A DNA stretch of 56,949 nt from Mesotaenium endlicherianum (lineage: Eukaryota), in contig WELA01001462.1 of assembly GCA_009602735.1 (NCBI GenBank), forward strand, positions 706,773 to 763,721, written 5' to 3'. The position numbers and the translations under genes are program-made. The notes below the pieces were generated by a model. The model was not told the DNA's origin. It ran no database searches and worked only from the letters and a program-made list of their open reading frames with translations. Positions 1 to 13,085 of this stretch are shown here, one piece after another; positions within the stretch are counted from its first letter, which is position 1; the number at the start of each line of letters is the position of its first letter.

Positions 1-167
1 TCACTCTAGGAGGCTCTCCTATGTCCACTAATGTGTACAAGGCATGTACTAGCACTCCTATAGGCTAAGCATAACTCAAACAAATCAAGCAAGGTGCGTA
101 GGATATGCTACGTGTCCCTCATTGGCCGAGCTTACCTTGGGTGATTCTACCTAGATAGCGCCTCAAA

Positions 168-521
168 GGTGGATCTGGAAATTGAGGAAGCTTCCTCTAG
201 GAGTAGGTGATGCAGTCACCAAGTTATAGCCTCAATGATGCACATGTACTATGGAAATGCAAAGCTTATGTAGGCTAAGGGGCTCGCGGATTTGTGCGCA
301 CAGAGCTTGGGGTCACGAAGAGCCAACAGTGTCACTTTTTGGGGACATTGAGTCACAAGTTGGGCCTTGGGAAAGTTTCGCTAGGGACCGGTAGGTGACG
401 CGAACTAGATCGCACCTATCTCGCTCGATACTTGACCAAATGACGCGAAATTGGTGCCATTCGGAAGATGCTTCGACGCGCTACACGTTGGTGACTTGGA
501 AATCTAGAAAAGGTCAACATA
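168..521. repeat. Dispersed LTR-like repeat fragment; diverged inverted homolog at about 55188-55548
   Basis: Reverse complement aligns by eye with 55188-55548 (e.g. TGCATCACCTA..GAGGAAGCTTCCTCAA, GCACAAATCCGCGAGC, CACCTACCGG.CCCTAGCG). Family not identifiable. Confidence 0.7.
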
Positions 522-619
522 CAAACGCGTAAAGTCAATGCAAAGTCGGCCTTCCTAGGTTGATGTTTCGCACATGTGGAGCTTCGTTTTTATACGACAA
601 CCTCGACTCAATAAAGCAT

Positions 620-996
620 GACAAAACCTTCAGTGAGCGCGCTTTGGGCCGCTTCAATGTCTTCCTTGTCCAGCGCATCTTGAGCGTTGTGGCACAGCTC
701 CGCGAGGTCGTTCATGACTTTCATTTGGGCGCGGTTGCCCTCAGACTACTTGCCCACACCTGCAACCTCACTTTTCCTCTTGAGCCGCTTGAGCTGCTGC
801 AGGATGTCCGCCCCTGCTCCCTCGCCATCGTGAGCTCGCGAGACCTTGCTTTGCGCTAGTTTGCTCACTGCCTGCTGTAACTTGGCCATTTTGAGATGAG
901 CAGCGTGCTGCGCATCTTTGAGCTCAGCCGCTTCCGCCTTGCTGAGCTCGGCCTGCTCGCTTTCGTACTCTTTCATGTCGCAAACCTTCAATTTGA
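620..996 (-). mobile_element. Internally deleted fragment of the PAT-like DIRS family (5' terminus joined directly to mid-gag)
   Basis: Minus strand reads TCAAA-TTGAAGGTTTGCGACATGAA, then gag KEYESEQAELSKAEAAELKDAQH...GVGK*. Nearly identical to 38187-38540, including the same TAG stop. Confidence 0.9.
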
Positions 997-1822
997 GCAA
1001 GAAAAGTAGTGGCAAAAGCAGGGTAACTTAGGTTAGCAGCCTGTTGGTCAGACTTTAGATAGCCTATGCTGGCTGCAAGAGGTACTAGGTCATAGAAAGA
1101 CAAATTGATAGAACTGAAGGCAGATAGAGCTCAAGGTGTACAATTAGGCGTACCTTTTGTTTTTTGCTGGGCATACTTAAGCAGAGTACTATTATTCTCT
1201 TGTCGATAGTTCACCATCCTAAAATTTGTGGAATGCAAGTAGTTAATTCATAGAAATTCAGTTCATTAGACATGCGTTCGGGAAAGTCATGTACACATGA
1301 CTATGGGGCATGGCATACAGCTAGCATGTGCAGTACTAAGACAGGTTCCATCTTTATCCCACACTTAATAATATGGTCGCACAGAATGACGACAGTTGCA
1401 TCTTGCACACACTGCTATTGCTCTTGGTGCTATAAAGCATCCAACAGCTGAACCCAGAGACGACATGCTCACTAAATATTATGTAACTGCATGCTAGTAC
1501 ATTTCAACTCGACAAGGTTTTACAAGAACATATAACCCTGAGGTGCTGCTTACCTATTGAGACCAATAAGTGACTCGCGCAGAACCTGCCTCTCGATTGC
1601 TTGAAAGTTTGCAATACAGAGGCTGAAACATGTGGGATCTGAGACCTGGTACTTCAATGCAAAGGTTGTTCACACATCTTCCACATGTCATCATAAGCGC
1701 ATATGCAAGAAACGTCTACAAACATCTACAGAACTGAAAACCTGTGTAGGGAAAATAGTCAACTGGATGCACACAGATATATGCCAACTAAATTTTTGAT
1801 GACTGTAGACATGTATTGCAAC

Positions 1823-3617
1823 TTACTGCTGTACAAGAGGTTTTTTTTCATAAGCCAGAAATCTCATGCATAACTTCCTAATAGCTCCTGGCGAGTGCTG
1901 CATTTTATTCACTTTTACGTCTTTTGACATGGCCTGCAAACAAAAATGAGGACTTCATCAGGTGATGTCGCTATGAGCTATCAAGAGCACCATTTTTGCT
2001 CGCCTCGGGCACCGTGTCTACGCCACATACACAGCACGACTCAGCATCTGAAATGTACAAGCAGCACAGCCTCAGGTTTTATTGCAAAAAATATCAAGCA
2101 AGTAGAAGCTGGGTGCCCTTACCACGTAGTCATCCCCGTATTTTAGAATCAGCAGTCCGATATACACCCGCTGCATCTTTGTGAGCCGTTGCTCGGGAGC
2201 CGAAAGTCCATTCTTGCTTTTCTTCCCAAGAGCTGCTCGGACATCTGCAACAGCACACAGGCAGCTCATATACTACTCTCAGCGCAGTCAGACTGCACCC
2301 TTTTCATAGCATACAAATTACAACCAAAACTAACAGAGGACGGTAAAACAGAACTGCAAAAAGCAACTCCAGGCTGGAATCAGCAGAGCTGGACTCAACA
2401 TGCAAGTGAAAGGCTCCAACCCATAGAGGCAACCCACCACTGCATAACCTCAGACCAGAGGAGCAAGTCATTAACAAATGCAGCAGACTCATGTATCCCC
2501 TTTCCAGCAGCACTGCTCAAATCAGCCAGGGCCTTGACGACAGATAGTAAGAAACCACATGCACAGGAAGACATTTCTTCGGGTAGGTGCTGCATGGGTG
2601 AGTACCGTCAGGCTCATGGTCACTGTCATCTGCTTCTAAGCCCTGCCCTGCCTGAAGACCTTCGACAAATTTACCCCCTTGTCGTCCTCCCTTGAGATTG
2701 GGGTCCAACACCAGGCCAACAGCTCTGTAATTGGCTGCCAGTGTGGCCTTCACATCCCACTCCACGCTGCACGCAGCCGACCAAGCAGCGCAAAACTCAA
2801 GCCCATGAGAAAAGCGACTTCATTGTTGCCAGCCCTTAAGACACGTGCTGCCCTCTGCCCCTGGATCATCCTTGGCTCCAGCATGCTTATTCTTGGTGGG
2901 TAGATGCCCAATTTCATTGGGGCAGGAAAAGGTCATCACATGCCTGAGTCGTACTTTTTCTGCAGTTATATACAACCTTATGACTTGTTTCTATACAATG
3001 GCATGTTCACCCTAGCATATTTCGATGACACGTGATACAGTGTACACTCCCCTCCCCTTGCTTTCACCACTTGAACTTGCGCAAACAGTGCCCCATATCC
3101 AGTTTGAGCTTTGTAATAGAGGATCATGAACAATTCAAGGCAAGCACAGTCAATAAGCGAATCATCAAAGGGCATTGGCTACCCAGCTCCAGCCGAGTTC
3201 AGTAAGTCCGTCAACTTGGTCTAAAGAATGACTTGTTACAGTACAAGCTGGTGAGAAGGGCTTTATTGGCATATACAGAAACTTCAGGCTGGCTTCTCCT
3301 AGTATACACCATACCTTTATTAAACTCGATTGCGAGCAAATCGAAGGCATTGTGTACTAATTTTACAGACGGCACAAGCTAGCGCCTTCATATCTGCAAG
3401 CAAAGACATGAATCATACTCATTTTAGCCACATAAAGCGCTTCTGGCTTCCCACTAAGCACCTGTTTCACAAACACGCAGGCCATATGATAGGTCCCTTA
3501 CCTCCCCTCCATTCCAGGGAGCGTAACCTCTTGCGGCTTCGAATGTTTTTTGTTCTTCAATAATCCAACCTTCACAGTAGGCTTTCCCTGCTTGAATCTC
3601 CGCCTTGACCGAGCCAT
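1823..3617 (-). CDS. NOP16: Nop16-family ribosome biogenesis protein, 4 exons: 3617-3502, 2766-2606, 2244-2123, 1933-1823 (169 aa)
   Basis: GT-AG introns with matching phases give MARSRRRFKQGKPTVKVGL...EWDVKATLAANYRAVGLVLDPN...KYGDDYVAMSKDVKVNKMQHS. The WD..TL..NY..GL..DPN and KYGDDY..M..D.K.N..Q motifs are typical of Nop16. Confidence 0.85.
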
Positions 3618-3970
3618 ACTTCAGGGTTTGGCAAGCACGGAGAACCTGATAATTGCCACAATGAACTTGTCCTCGGCACTGCTGATGAGTTTGTTAAGAC
3701 GGGCCCTCGACGATCTGCCGAGAAAATCTACCGAGAAAAGCAAGCAGAAAAAAACACTAGGGGCAAAGCTGCTAGTCGTCCCCACACATCAACTTAAGAG
3801 ATGAGCAATCGCTCCTACTACTATATTGTTCTACATACTACATGCGGTAGTTCCTTTTCAACATGAGAGTGCAAGACGTCGATCGAGAGGGCAGGCTTTC
3901 GTTTGGGCCAGTTTGGGCGCTAGCACAGTGGTACTAGCGGCAGGTGGTGGGCACGCTGTCTTAAAACTGG

Positions 3971-4080
3971 GCTGTAAAGCTGCTGTAAAGCTGAAACCAG
4001 CTGGAAGTGGCTGGAAGTGGCTGAAAGTGGCTGAGAAGGGCTGAAAGTTGCTGAAAGTCTCTGAAATTGCAGCTGAAAGA
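3971..4080. repeat. Degenerate tandem array of a ~10-bp unit (GTGGCTGAAA-like)
   Basis: gctggaagtggctggaagtggctgaaagtggctgagaagggctgaaagttgctgaaagtctctgaaa. Confidence 0.75.
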
Positions 4081-7000
4081 GCCGACAAGAGTGGTCAGAG
4101 TCAAAAAAAAGAGTAGACAGTCAATTGCAGTAAATCGAGTACGCCCATTGACCTGCTACTTGACCTGGGGGGACCCCTAGCGAGAACGGGTCTTTTAGGT
4201 CAATTGCTGAACGGTGCAGAACATTGACTATTTCAAGTCTTTATGAAGTGACCTGTTCAAATTACCCGAGATCACCGATAACTGGATGCTGCCTGGATGA
4301 GTCCACCCGCGAGTGAACGACCTGGAATTTACACCCTGGACCACCCTGGACTCAGCCCTTGTCGTGCCCACATATTTCTTCAAAGCAGGAGCATGGCAGA
4401 GGGGATGGGCTTGCTCACCCCTTCCCCACTTCCTGCTTATTACTTGCTCTTACAGTGTTTACCCATTAGCGCCTTTCGGCACAATTTCCCGGGCAAAGAC
4501 CACCTCTGAAGACCTCCTCGTTTGACTAGCACTTCAGATGTGTGCATCTACGGTCGAACGAGGTAGTCTGTGGCGGACTATGACGTCAACCTCCTTCGAC
4601 ACGCTTGAAGCATCGCGCAGAAAGAAGAGACGACCGTCCACAACTTGTTGAATAAAACAGGAAAAAGTCCAACACAATCCATCTCAATTCATTGCCTCTT
4701 GTGCTACCAGACAAACAAACGTCAGCAATCTGAAGCTTTGATCGATGATCCTGCACGACGTGGAGCTCGCCAGCTGAGCAGCGCAACAACTTTTGAACGT
4801 TCTTCCGCACGCGCTTCGACCTCCCCACCTCGACGGTCTTTGGACTGAACAGACTGGTCTAGACTGGAAATTTTGCATCGATATATCGATGCATCGATGC
4901 GCTCCCTAGTCTACCGGTAGACCGCGCATAGCATTGGTGGTTATTTCACGTGGTATAGGCACCGCACGAACTGTCAGGATTGTGTTCTGACATTCACTGA
5001 CAAAATCTGCACCGGACCCATAGAAATGGCCAAAGTGGTCGGCATCTGTCAGAGTCGGGGCACAATTGTCTATAACAGCAATCGGCCACCTATTGCACAC
5101 TCGGAGAAGGTCGTCCAGACTCACCAACGACATACTGACGACATCAACCGTTTTTCCAGACTAGTCCACGGGCTGGTCGAAGTCCAATCGGTTCTAATGG
5201 GTAAACACTGTTAGACCTGCTTCGACCACTCCACGGTGCTGCATGGTCCCAACTCCACTCCTGCATAATACATGCTTCAGTCCACGAATGTTGTGAGGGA
5301 TACAAGCGCAGAAAGAAGCAGGAAATGTGCATGCTATAGAGACGTAACTGTGATGCTGTACAGGCTCAGATCGCAAATGTTTGACAGAATTGAAGATGTG
5401 GTGACTGGTATGTCTCCTCGTTTCTGCAAGCCTAACACCATTGACGTCTATTCTTTTCAAGGTCTTCATCTAGTATTTCGAGTAGCCTCATGTCCTCTTG
5501 CACTTTTCAGTACATCAACTAAGGAGTACTCTTGCACATCTTTTCAACAGATTTAAGTCCTATGTATCATGCAGCTTCTCTTCCGGAACCTGAAGGCAGA
5601 TGCTGGGCTGTAAATGCGCGCAGGTCATCGGAGGGGGTGCAGGGGGGGCATATAGATTGGGTCGTATATATTCCCCAGCTTTCCCTCCCCGTTGCATGAT
5701 GCTGATGCATACACCCGATTTTCCTGCTACGATATCAAGTGAAATCGTTGGTCTTGCTCTCAGCTGACATGTGTGCTTGGGGAAGGCTGCTGATATGGAA
5801 GCTGTTGGGTATGGCATGGTGGAGAGATTGTTCACCTCTGTTCTCTGCAGCAGCTGATGGTTGCACCTACTGCATGGCCGCTGACAGCCAGACCATTATG
5901 TGCAAGCTGGGCCGGGTTGATGTGGGACACAAGTGGGTGTGCTCGCATGCTTCACAAGGACATCCAGCTTGGAGAATTGTAAGCCTAACACGCAATTGAT
6001 GATGCAAGATTTGGATGGCTCCTGAGTCTTCCAGTCTGAGTCTGAATTCTTTGCGTGAAGGTTCTATCTCAAACCTGCTAGCAAATCGTTTGACACTTAA
6101 TTGCAGTGATCATACGAAGGTGTGAGCTGGCACCAGTAGCAGCAGCCAGGACTTGGTGGTGAAGTTCCTCAAGCTCGTCTGTCAGGAAGGAGCCCTCACC
6201 TCAAAATCGTCTATTGACTTCCCAGGCCAGGTGTGCCCACGAAGTTATGTGGCGGAGGGGAGTGCCTCGCTTGCTAGCGCTACCTCGTCCTCGTGTCACA
6301 CACGCCTTCTTTTCAGAGTCCCGCTCGCTCCTGCATTCCATGCGGGCCCACCATTTAGCTGCACCTCTGGCATCTAGATTGGTACGCATGTGCAACCAGA
6401 CAGCTGGCAGTAGCAGAGCTACATGCTGCTGCAGCTGTGCTCTCATTTCTGCACCAGGCTGCTGGCCACATGCTTGCACATATGAGAGCACTCTCACAGC
6501 CTCTACTTCTGGCCGCCTGCCTGCTGCCTTTCCCCTGTAGCTTTTGGACGACGCCGCAGGGTCATTAATGCTGCTTCTTTGTGCCCACCTCGTGCCTGCC
6601 TGGGGTTGCCCCTGCTGGCACCTCACTCACCATTCTCACTCTGGGCGCCTGTCGGTTTCGCTCGTCTGATGTCCCTATGCTGGCCCGATGCTGTCCGCAA
6701 TGACTGGGGGGTGTCTTGGGGAGGGTGGGCATGCGCTGGCTGGCTCCTTGCGTGCCCGTTGCCGCAGGCCAGTGATTCTGAGCTGAGGTGGGGTGGTGTG
6801 CATGCAGTGCATGCAGTAGCAGTAGCAGCACACAGCATCTACAGCGGTGGCAGCGGAGCGTATTTCCCTCGACTCTGTAACTTGCTTCTGCCCTACTCAA
6901 CTACTGTCTGTCTGTCTTCCTCTTAGCAGGGGCGCTCTCTGGTCCATTGCCCCATCTTCTGGTTCTGGGTGAGTGGATGGTATCATGCCCATAACAGCCC

Positions 7001-7693
7001 CTGCCAGGCCATGTCATGGTCGTGTGTCCAAGGTCTGCCTCATCTCCCTGGCTGTCCTCCTCATCACAAGCATGAGTGATGCACTGGGTGGCGTGCGCCC
7101 AGATGGGCATTTTGCACGGGAGGCCTCCGGGGAGGAGGGCAGCATCGCTGCAGTTGCTGTTGCACAGCAAGGTCCATGTGGAGGCAGCACTGAGTGGCAT
7201 GCCAATGGAGGCCAATGGAAGGCTAAGGCCGTAGCACTGCGTGACCTTGGGGGTAAACGTGGGCGAGAGACCTCACGTGTAGTATAGGATAAGCATGGGG
7301 TACTTGGGCTGGACTGAGACGGTTACTGGGTGTGTCAATGAAGCACATGCTGGGGACACGTCGGAGATAACGAAACTGATGAGCCCATGTTCTTGGTCAT
7401 AAAATTGTGATTGCATGCGCAGTTGGAACTTACTTCACGGAGGTCTTTTTATTTGTTGATGGGGCCCATGCAACCAAATTAGGTTGCACTTACACGTTTC
7501 TGTTTCTCTGGTACATTGTTAGTGGTGTGCTGGTAGGGCCGGCACGTTTCCTGATATTATTTATGGGCAGAGGAGGGGTTGGAGGGATGGGGTAACAACA
7601 GCGGGGAGGAAGGGGAAGGGAGAAGGGAGGATGATGTCGGGTCCTTGGCACAAATATTAGAAAAGAGGAGAAGGGAAGAGAGGGGGGGGGGGG

Positions 7694-8188
7694 NNNNNNN
7701 NNNNNNNNNNNNNNNNNNNNNNNNNNNNNNNNNNNNNNNNNNNNNNNNNNNNNNNNNNNNNNNNNNNNNNNNNNNNNNNNNNNNNNNNNNNNNNNNNNNN
7801 NNNNNNNNNNNNNNNNNNNNNNNNNNNNNNNNNNNNNNNNNNNNNNNNNNNNNNNNNNNNNNNNNNNNNNNNNNNNNNNNNNNNNNNNNNNNNNNNNNNN
7901 NNNNNNNNNNNNNNNNNNNNNNNNNNNNNNNNNNNNNNNNNNNNNNNNNNNNNNNNNNNNNNNNNNNNNNNNNNNNNNNNNNNNNNNNNNNNNNNNNNNN
8001 NNNNNNNNNNNNNNNNNNNNNNNNNNNNNNNNNNNNNNNNNNNNNNNNNNNNNNNNNNNNNNNNNNNNNNNNNNNNNNNNNNNNNNNNNNNNNNNNNNNN
8101 NNNNNNNNNNNNNNNNNNNNNNNNNNNNNNNNNNNNNNNNNNNNNNNNNNNNNNNNNNNNNNNNNNNNNNNNNNNNNNNNNNNNNNNN
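7694..8188. other. Assembly gap (N run) flanked by poly-G
   Basis: Run of N. Confidence 0.99.
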
Positions 8189-9503
8189 GGGGGGGGGATG
8201 AATGAGGACAAGGTGGGGTAGGGTGTGGGCAAGGAGAGGATGAAGGGGCCTGGAGGAGGAGAGGCCCTATGAGTTTGGGGGGAGTTGAGGTTGAAGGGGC
8301 TTGCGCTGTGTCTCTGGGATTTGGCTTCAGGAAGGGCAAGTCAGCTTGGTATACTGAATAGGGGCTTTTTTGTGTCATATTTTTGGGGTTATATTTTGGT
8401 CAGGTCCTAGTAGGTGCAGCGTCCTAATGGCCCTTGTGCAGGTGTTTGTGGTCTTTCACTTAGGGGCCTGCACGGTGGGGCGAGTCGGCTCTGCGCAAGC
8501 GGCACCCTAAATTTCGTGCAATGCCTGTGTGTCTCTCCTGTCACCTTTACAGAGTGGTGGAAGTACTACCGAATATAGTGGCTGATTTCACTTGTCTCCT
8601 CTCTCTTGAGAATGGTGTTGTGCGCATGAAAGTGTCAGAAACTTGATTCATTAGAGCGATAGTCGGTGGAAAGTACTATGTGAAATACTATGTCGCAGTC
8701 AACCTAGATATGAAGCAGTGGGTCTTAGTAGGCTGCTATGAAAGTGTAGCTGTTAGTATATAAAATCAGCTTGTTGAAAAATTTGCTAGCGCTTTACTCT
8801 GTTTCTGTTGACATTACGTCACTTCATTACAGTGATAAATTTTCACGCAGGTTGTCAGACTTGAGGTTGCTGACTAGCTTCAACCTTTTGTGTCGCTTCA
8901 ACATACTGCATGGGTTGGTTTGTCCTACTTCGATGTTCCACTTCTATCAGGTGTCAGTCTTGAGTATTCTGAAGCACCTCATCCTGAACTTGATATGAAG
9001 GTGCTTTTTAGTTTGACTATGTAGGTCACCATCAGTGCACCCTGATGCACCACCATGTATGTGTAGCGTGAAAGTGATGGCCAAACCTGACTGCAATAGC
9101 TCTCTTACTTTAGATGGTGAAAGGCAAAAATGTAGTTGGAGACATGGAGTCCTAGGAGCAGGTGAAGCCTTGACAGTAATTTAAGTTGCGCAGACATGCT
9201 GGCCCACACACACAGAAGGAGACATGGACTGGCAGAATCTGTACCACGACATGCTTGTACTGGTGGCCACCATTTCTAAGCACCTCTGAACCTTTGCTCA
9301 CTACACTCTGCCTAAAGAGAAATACCACAGTACTCAAAGAGTATGCAAAGTGCGATACGGGGAAGGGTTTCTATTCAAAGCTGAGTTTACTTGACCTCTC
9401 AAAAAAAAAAATGTTACAGCTACTGTGATGACAATTATAACCACATGTGACGCAATAAAATTAGTGCAAATGGCTAATATCAAAAGGTGTAGAGTATGGC
9501 ATT

Positions 9504-12500
9504 TCAGAATTCCAAAATACTTGCTGCTCTTAAGCACAACTCTGTGTGTTCGCCTAACTCAACTTTTGAGCCAGTTCTGAAGGCACCGCATATTGAGCAC
9601 TCTAGTGTGCTTCGTGCTAAGGTTTCGCTACCATAATCCGTGCCCCCTGAGCGCTTCCTAAGTATAGATTCAAGGCGGCTTTCCTTGGGTGGCTCTGCCA
9701 CGCCGTTGGGCAGATTAGCCCTCTGAAGGAGCCGTGCTTGCAGCAAGAGCTGGCCTGGGGTAGCCTCCACACCCCGGCCGTTCTCAAGTGCCGACATTAC
9801 ATGGGCAAGGTTGTTCATTGTGGTTATTGAACATTTAGGAGGTCCTAATGGAGGACGGTATGGCATGGGGGCTTGCCGCGTATGCATTGACCCCGACAAC
9901 GCCCTTCTGTGATGACCTGCGCTATCAGAAGACGACACTGCACATGTGGACCCCTCCAGCACTGCCGGCCTAAACACAAGGTCAGGTGGCCTGTACACAC
10001 AACTCAGGGCACCAAATCCAGGTGGAGGACCAACCTGCGCTGCCCGGCTGAGGGCATCCCTTCCGGGCCCAATACACATCGTGTCTCTGGTTGGAGGTGC
10101 AAATGAAGGAGAAGCTTTGCACGATGGACCAATTGGTCCCCACAAGCTAGCCCCCGTGGGCGACAGCACGCTGGAGGCAGCAGGTAGCCTAGGCAGTGCT
10201 TCCACGCAAACCCCAAGAGCAGGATGGAAGTCAGTGGTGAACATAGCGACCCCATCACTGGCCACGTCACAGACCGCATGCGATGGTCCAGCCGCTGCTG
10301 CAGTGTCTCCATGGCCAGCTTGAGGTTCGCACTCACTACTCGGCAGGAAACAACCTGTAGCAGCCGAAAGAGTACTGGGCTGGCTGGGAGTATAGGAGCC
10401 ATTGATGCTGGTGCAGAGCCCCAAGTAAGAGTCGCCTGAAAAGCTCTCAGATGCCACCGAAGCATGGCACGCTGGTGGGATCCCAGAGGACGACAAGATT
10501 TGCATGCCAGATGGAGTCATTAAGAGGGCGTCTGTCCGCTGGCCTGACACTTGTGCTTTTGAGTCAACCATGTGCACACCTGCATCAGCCCTGTACCTCC
10601 ACACACTCCAGCAACCCCACTCTCGCGTATAATCAGTACCTGACAAAAGCAGGACGAGGTGAGAGCCATCAAGTGCCGAAGGTCGACACACCAGCTTTTG
10701 GGAGCTGCTTGTATGCATACATCAAGGGCATCCAGATACGACACCTTGTCCAATCATCATGTGCATCCAGATCCTTAGGACGTCAAATCATAGCAAGTAG
10801 GATGCAGGGCATGGAGCACACGAGGAGGGACAGCAGCAAGAGGACTCACGAGGGTACAAGCATGCCACACGCCTTCGAATGCCCGTCCGAAGCCATCCTA
10901 GCCTGAGCTTGAGCTTGTGCCATCCTCACAGAGGCAACAATGGCACTTGCTTTTCTCATCTCCTCGTTGGACCACCCTTGAATATGCAGCAAATGACACC
11001 CGGGCACAGCAGATGTGGCTCCTGACGCGGGAGCTGCAACTCCACCTCCTTCGCCTCTAGCCAGACTGGGCACTGTGGGAGCAAGGCTTGGTGATTGCAA
11101 TGACAATGCTGATGGCACCGTTCCGCCTTCGAGGGCCTGGGCAGAGGATGAGGGTGCTGCAGCTGTAGCCTCCAAGCCACTTTCCACGTGAGAATGATCA
11201 CTGCAAGGCCTTGGTGAGCTCCCAATGTATCCCCATGGGCTGCAACCCTTCTGTCCCTTTCTAAAGCTAGGGATGGGAAAAGGAATGCTTGCCGAGCCTG
11301 AGCGTGAACCGAAATGGAATAGATCCTTGTCCAACCCACTACTCTCTGCTGAACCATTTGACGGAGTCTGACCCTGCCTTGCTTCTGTGACCTGATGATG
11401 TGGAAGAGCCTGGGAAGTAGAACAGCGCTCATGAGAACCCAGAGGAGGACCCTGTGAGCTGGTCTGAGCATCTGCTGCACCTGCCACTGCTGCTTCTCTA
11501 TTACTTGCCAGCCCAGCACCGCCCCATGCAGGCCGTGAGGATGAGAACAGGCCCATAGATTCGAATTTAGTGTTGCCATTGCTTGTATATGCAGGATGAG
11601 AGTGGAGAGAAGAGCCGCTTGATGCAGCTTGAGGACCAGTCCACGAGGGTTTTGTCGAGGGCAGAGCAGGTGCAGAAGAAGCGGGAAAGGTAGAGGCCCA
11701 TGACGCAGTTTTGGAAGCAAGTCCCTCATTGCCAGACTTGTTGGCAGATGATCGGGCCTCCTGTGCGGTACTTGAAGCAGGCAAAGTGGAAGCTGAGGAC
11801 TGGGGAAGCTCTGGAAAAGACGAATATGAGGGTGCACCACTAGGCCTGTCCAAGGGGGAGACATGAGCGGATCTGGTGGGCGCTGCAGCTGAAGCAGTCT
11901 GTGGTTCCCCATATGGAGTGCGGCAGCTTGGGCACAGCCCGTTGAGTTCCAGTTTGACGCGCTCATAGCAGAAGAGGCACACTCGGTATCTGCACATGCA
12001 AATTAAAGCAAGCCTATTTAAGCAGCCCCTTTCCTTACTCTCAGCAGCCTTGACTCTGTCTCAGTGCACCAACGGTGTGTGATGGCACTTCAGCCCTCAT
12101 GCATGATTAAGCCTCCAAGTATGTCCAACAAAGAGGCAGGAGGCATAGAACCAGACTGACTAGCTGAAGTCTATGTATCCCCCATGCACATCAGTGACCA
12201 CTTCCAAGATAACAGCTTCAACGCAAATAGGGTCACAAAGTTGATACACCCCAAGACCTTTTAGAAGTTTCTACACTCTTCTATTCCTAGGGTCGAGACG
12301 GTTTTGACGAAGCAAAGTGCACAGCTAAGGGGGAACCAAGTAAACTACACTTCCTTCTAGACAATAAGGTAATAAATAATTTAGTCCCCGTAACCTGGAA
12401 AGTCAAATATGTCACGATGGAAGGCCTTTTAGCTGGTGAGTTGTGAAGAATGCATAATTTAATAGCAAGACATGTCCAGGCTAGCCTGCTTAAAGTGATA

Positions 12501-13085
12501 CACAACAACCGCACCCTTCATCCATCACAATTATCAACTGTACCTGGAGTTATATGGCATAGATGGCACTCGCTACCCTACCCCTTAAGAACCACGGAGT
12601 CCGACACATGGATTACCAGATTACCATATCAACATATACATACTTAAGGATTTCACATAAAGAAGGAAGAGTTGGAAGCAACTCATTGCCTGCCACCATG
12701 AAGTCAAATAAGCCCTACAAATGAGCAACACTAGCTACATGTTAAATACTGAGTTCCAGATCATTCAGAAATAAAAACATAGGGAGGGATAATAGATGAA
12801 GGAGGAAACACTTGCTCTTTGAACTGCAACACAAAGGATAAGACTAACTCACCCACATGGACAAGGACAAAAAAGCTCATCAGTCTCATCCAAAGGTTCA
12901 ATACAGAGAGGACATGTGGGTTCTTCCTCCTCGCCTTCATAGTTTGCTGCACTTGTAAAGTCAGTCCCCAGGCTCCCATCGCCAACTGCCGATCGGTAGG
13001 AGGTGCGAGTACCAGAGCTTGTTGCATGTCCACCACCGCGGCGGCCACGCATTGTGCAGCTTGTGCCACGGCCTGCCACAAACAT
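9504..13085 (-). CDS. CNOT4/Mot2-type C4C4 RING protein (putative E3 ligase). Exons about 13085-12853, 11989-10850 and a last exon from about 10704 or 10590 to 9504
   Basis: Splicing 12853 to 11989 (GT-AG, phase 2) gives CPLCIEPLDETDELFCPCPCGYRVCLFCYERVKLELNGLCPSCRTPY. Long S/P/A-rich exons follow and end in LECSICGAFRTGSKVELGEHTELCL. The start codon and last-intron boundaries are uncertain. Confidence 0.75.

Noticed and set aside
7557..8378. Long ORFs spanning N gaps (also 53653-54304)
   Set aside because: Artefacts of translating Ns.
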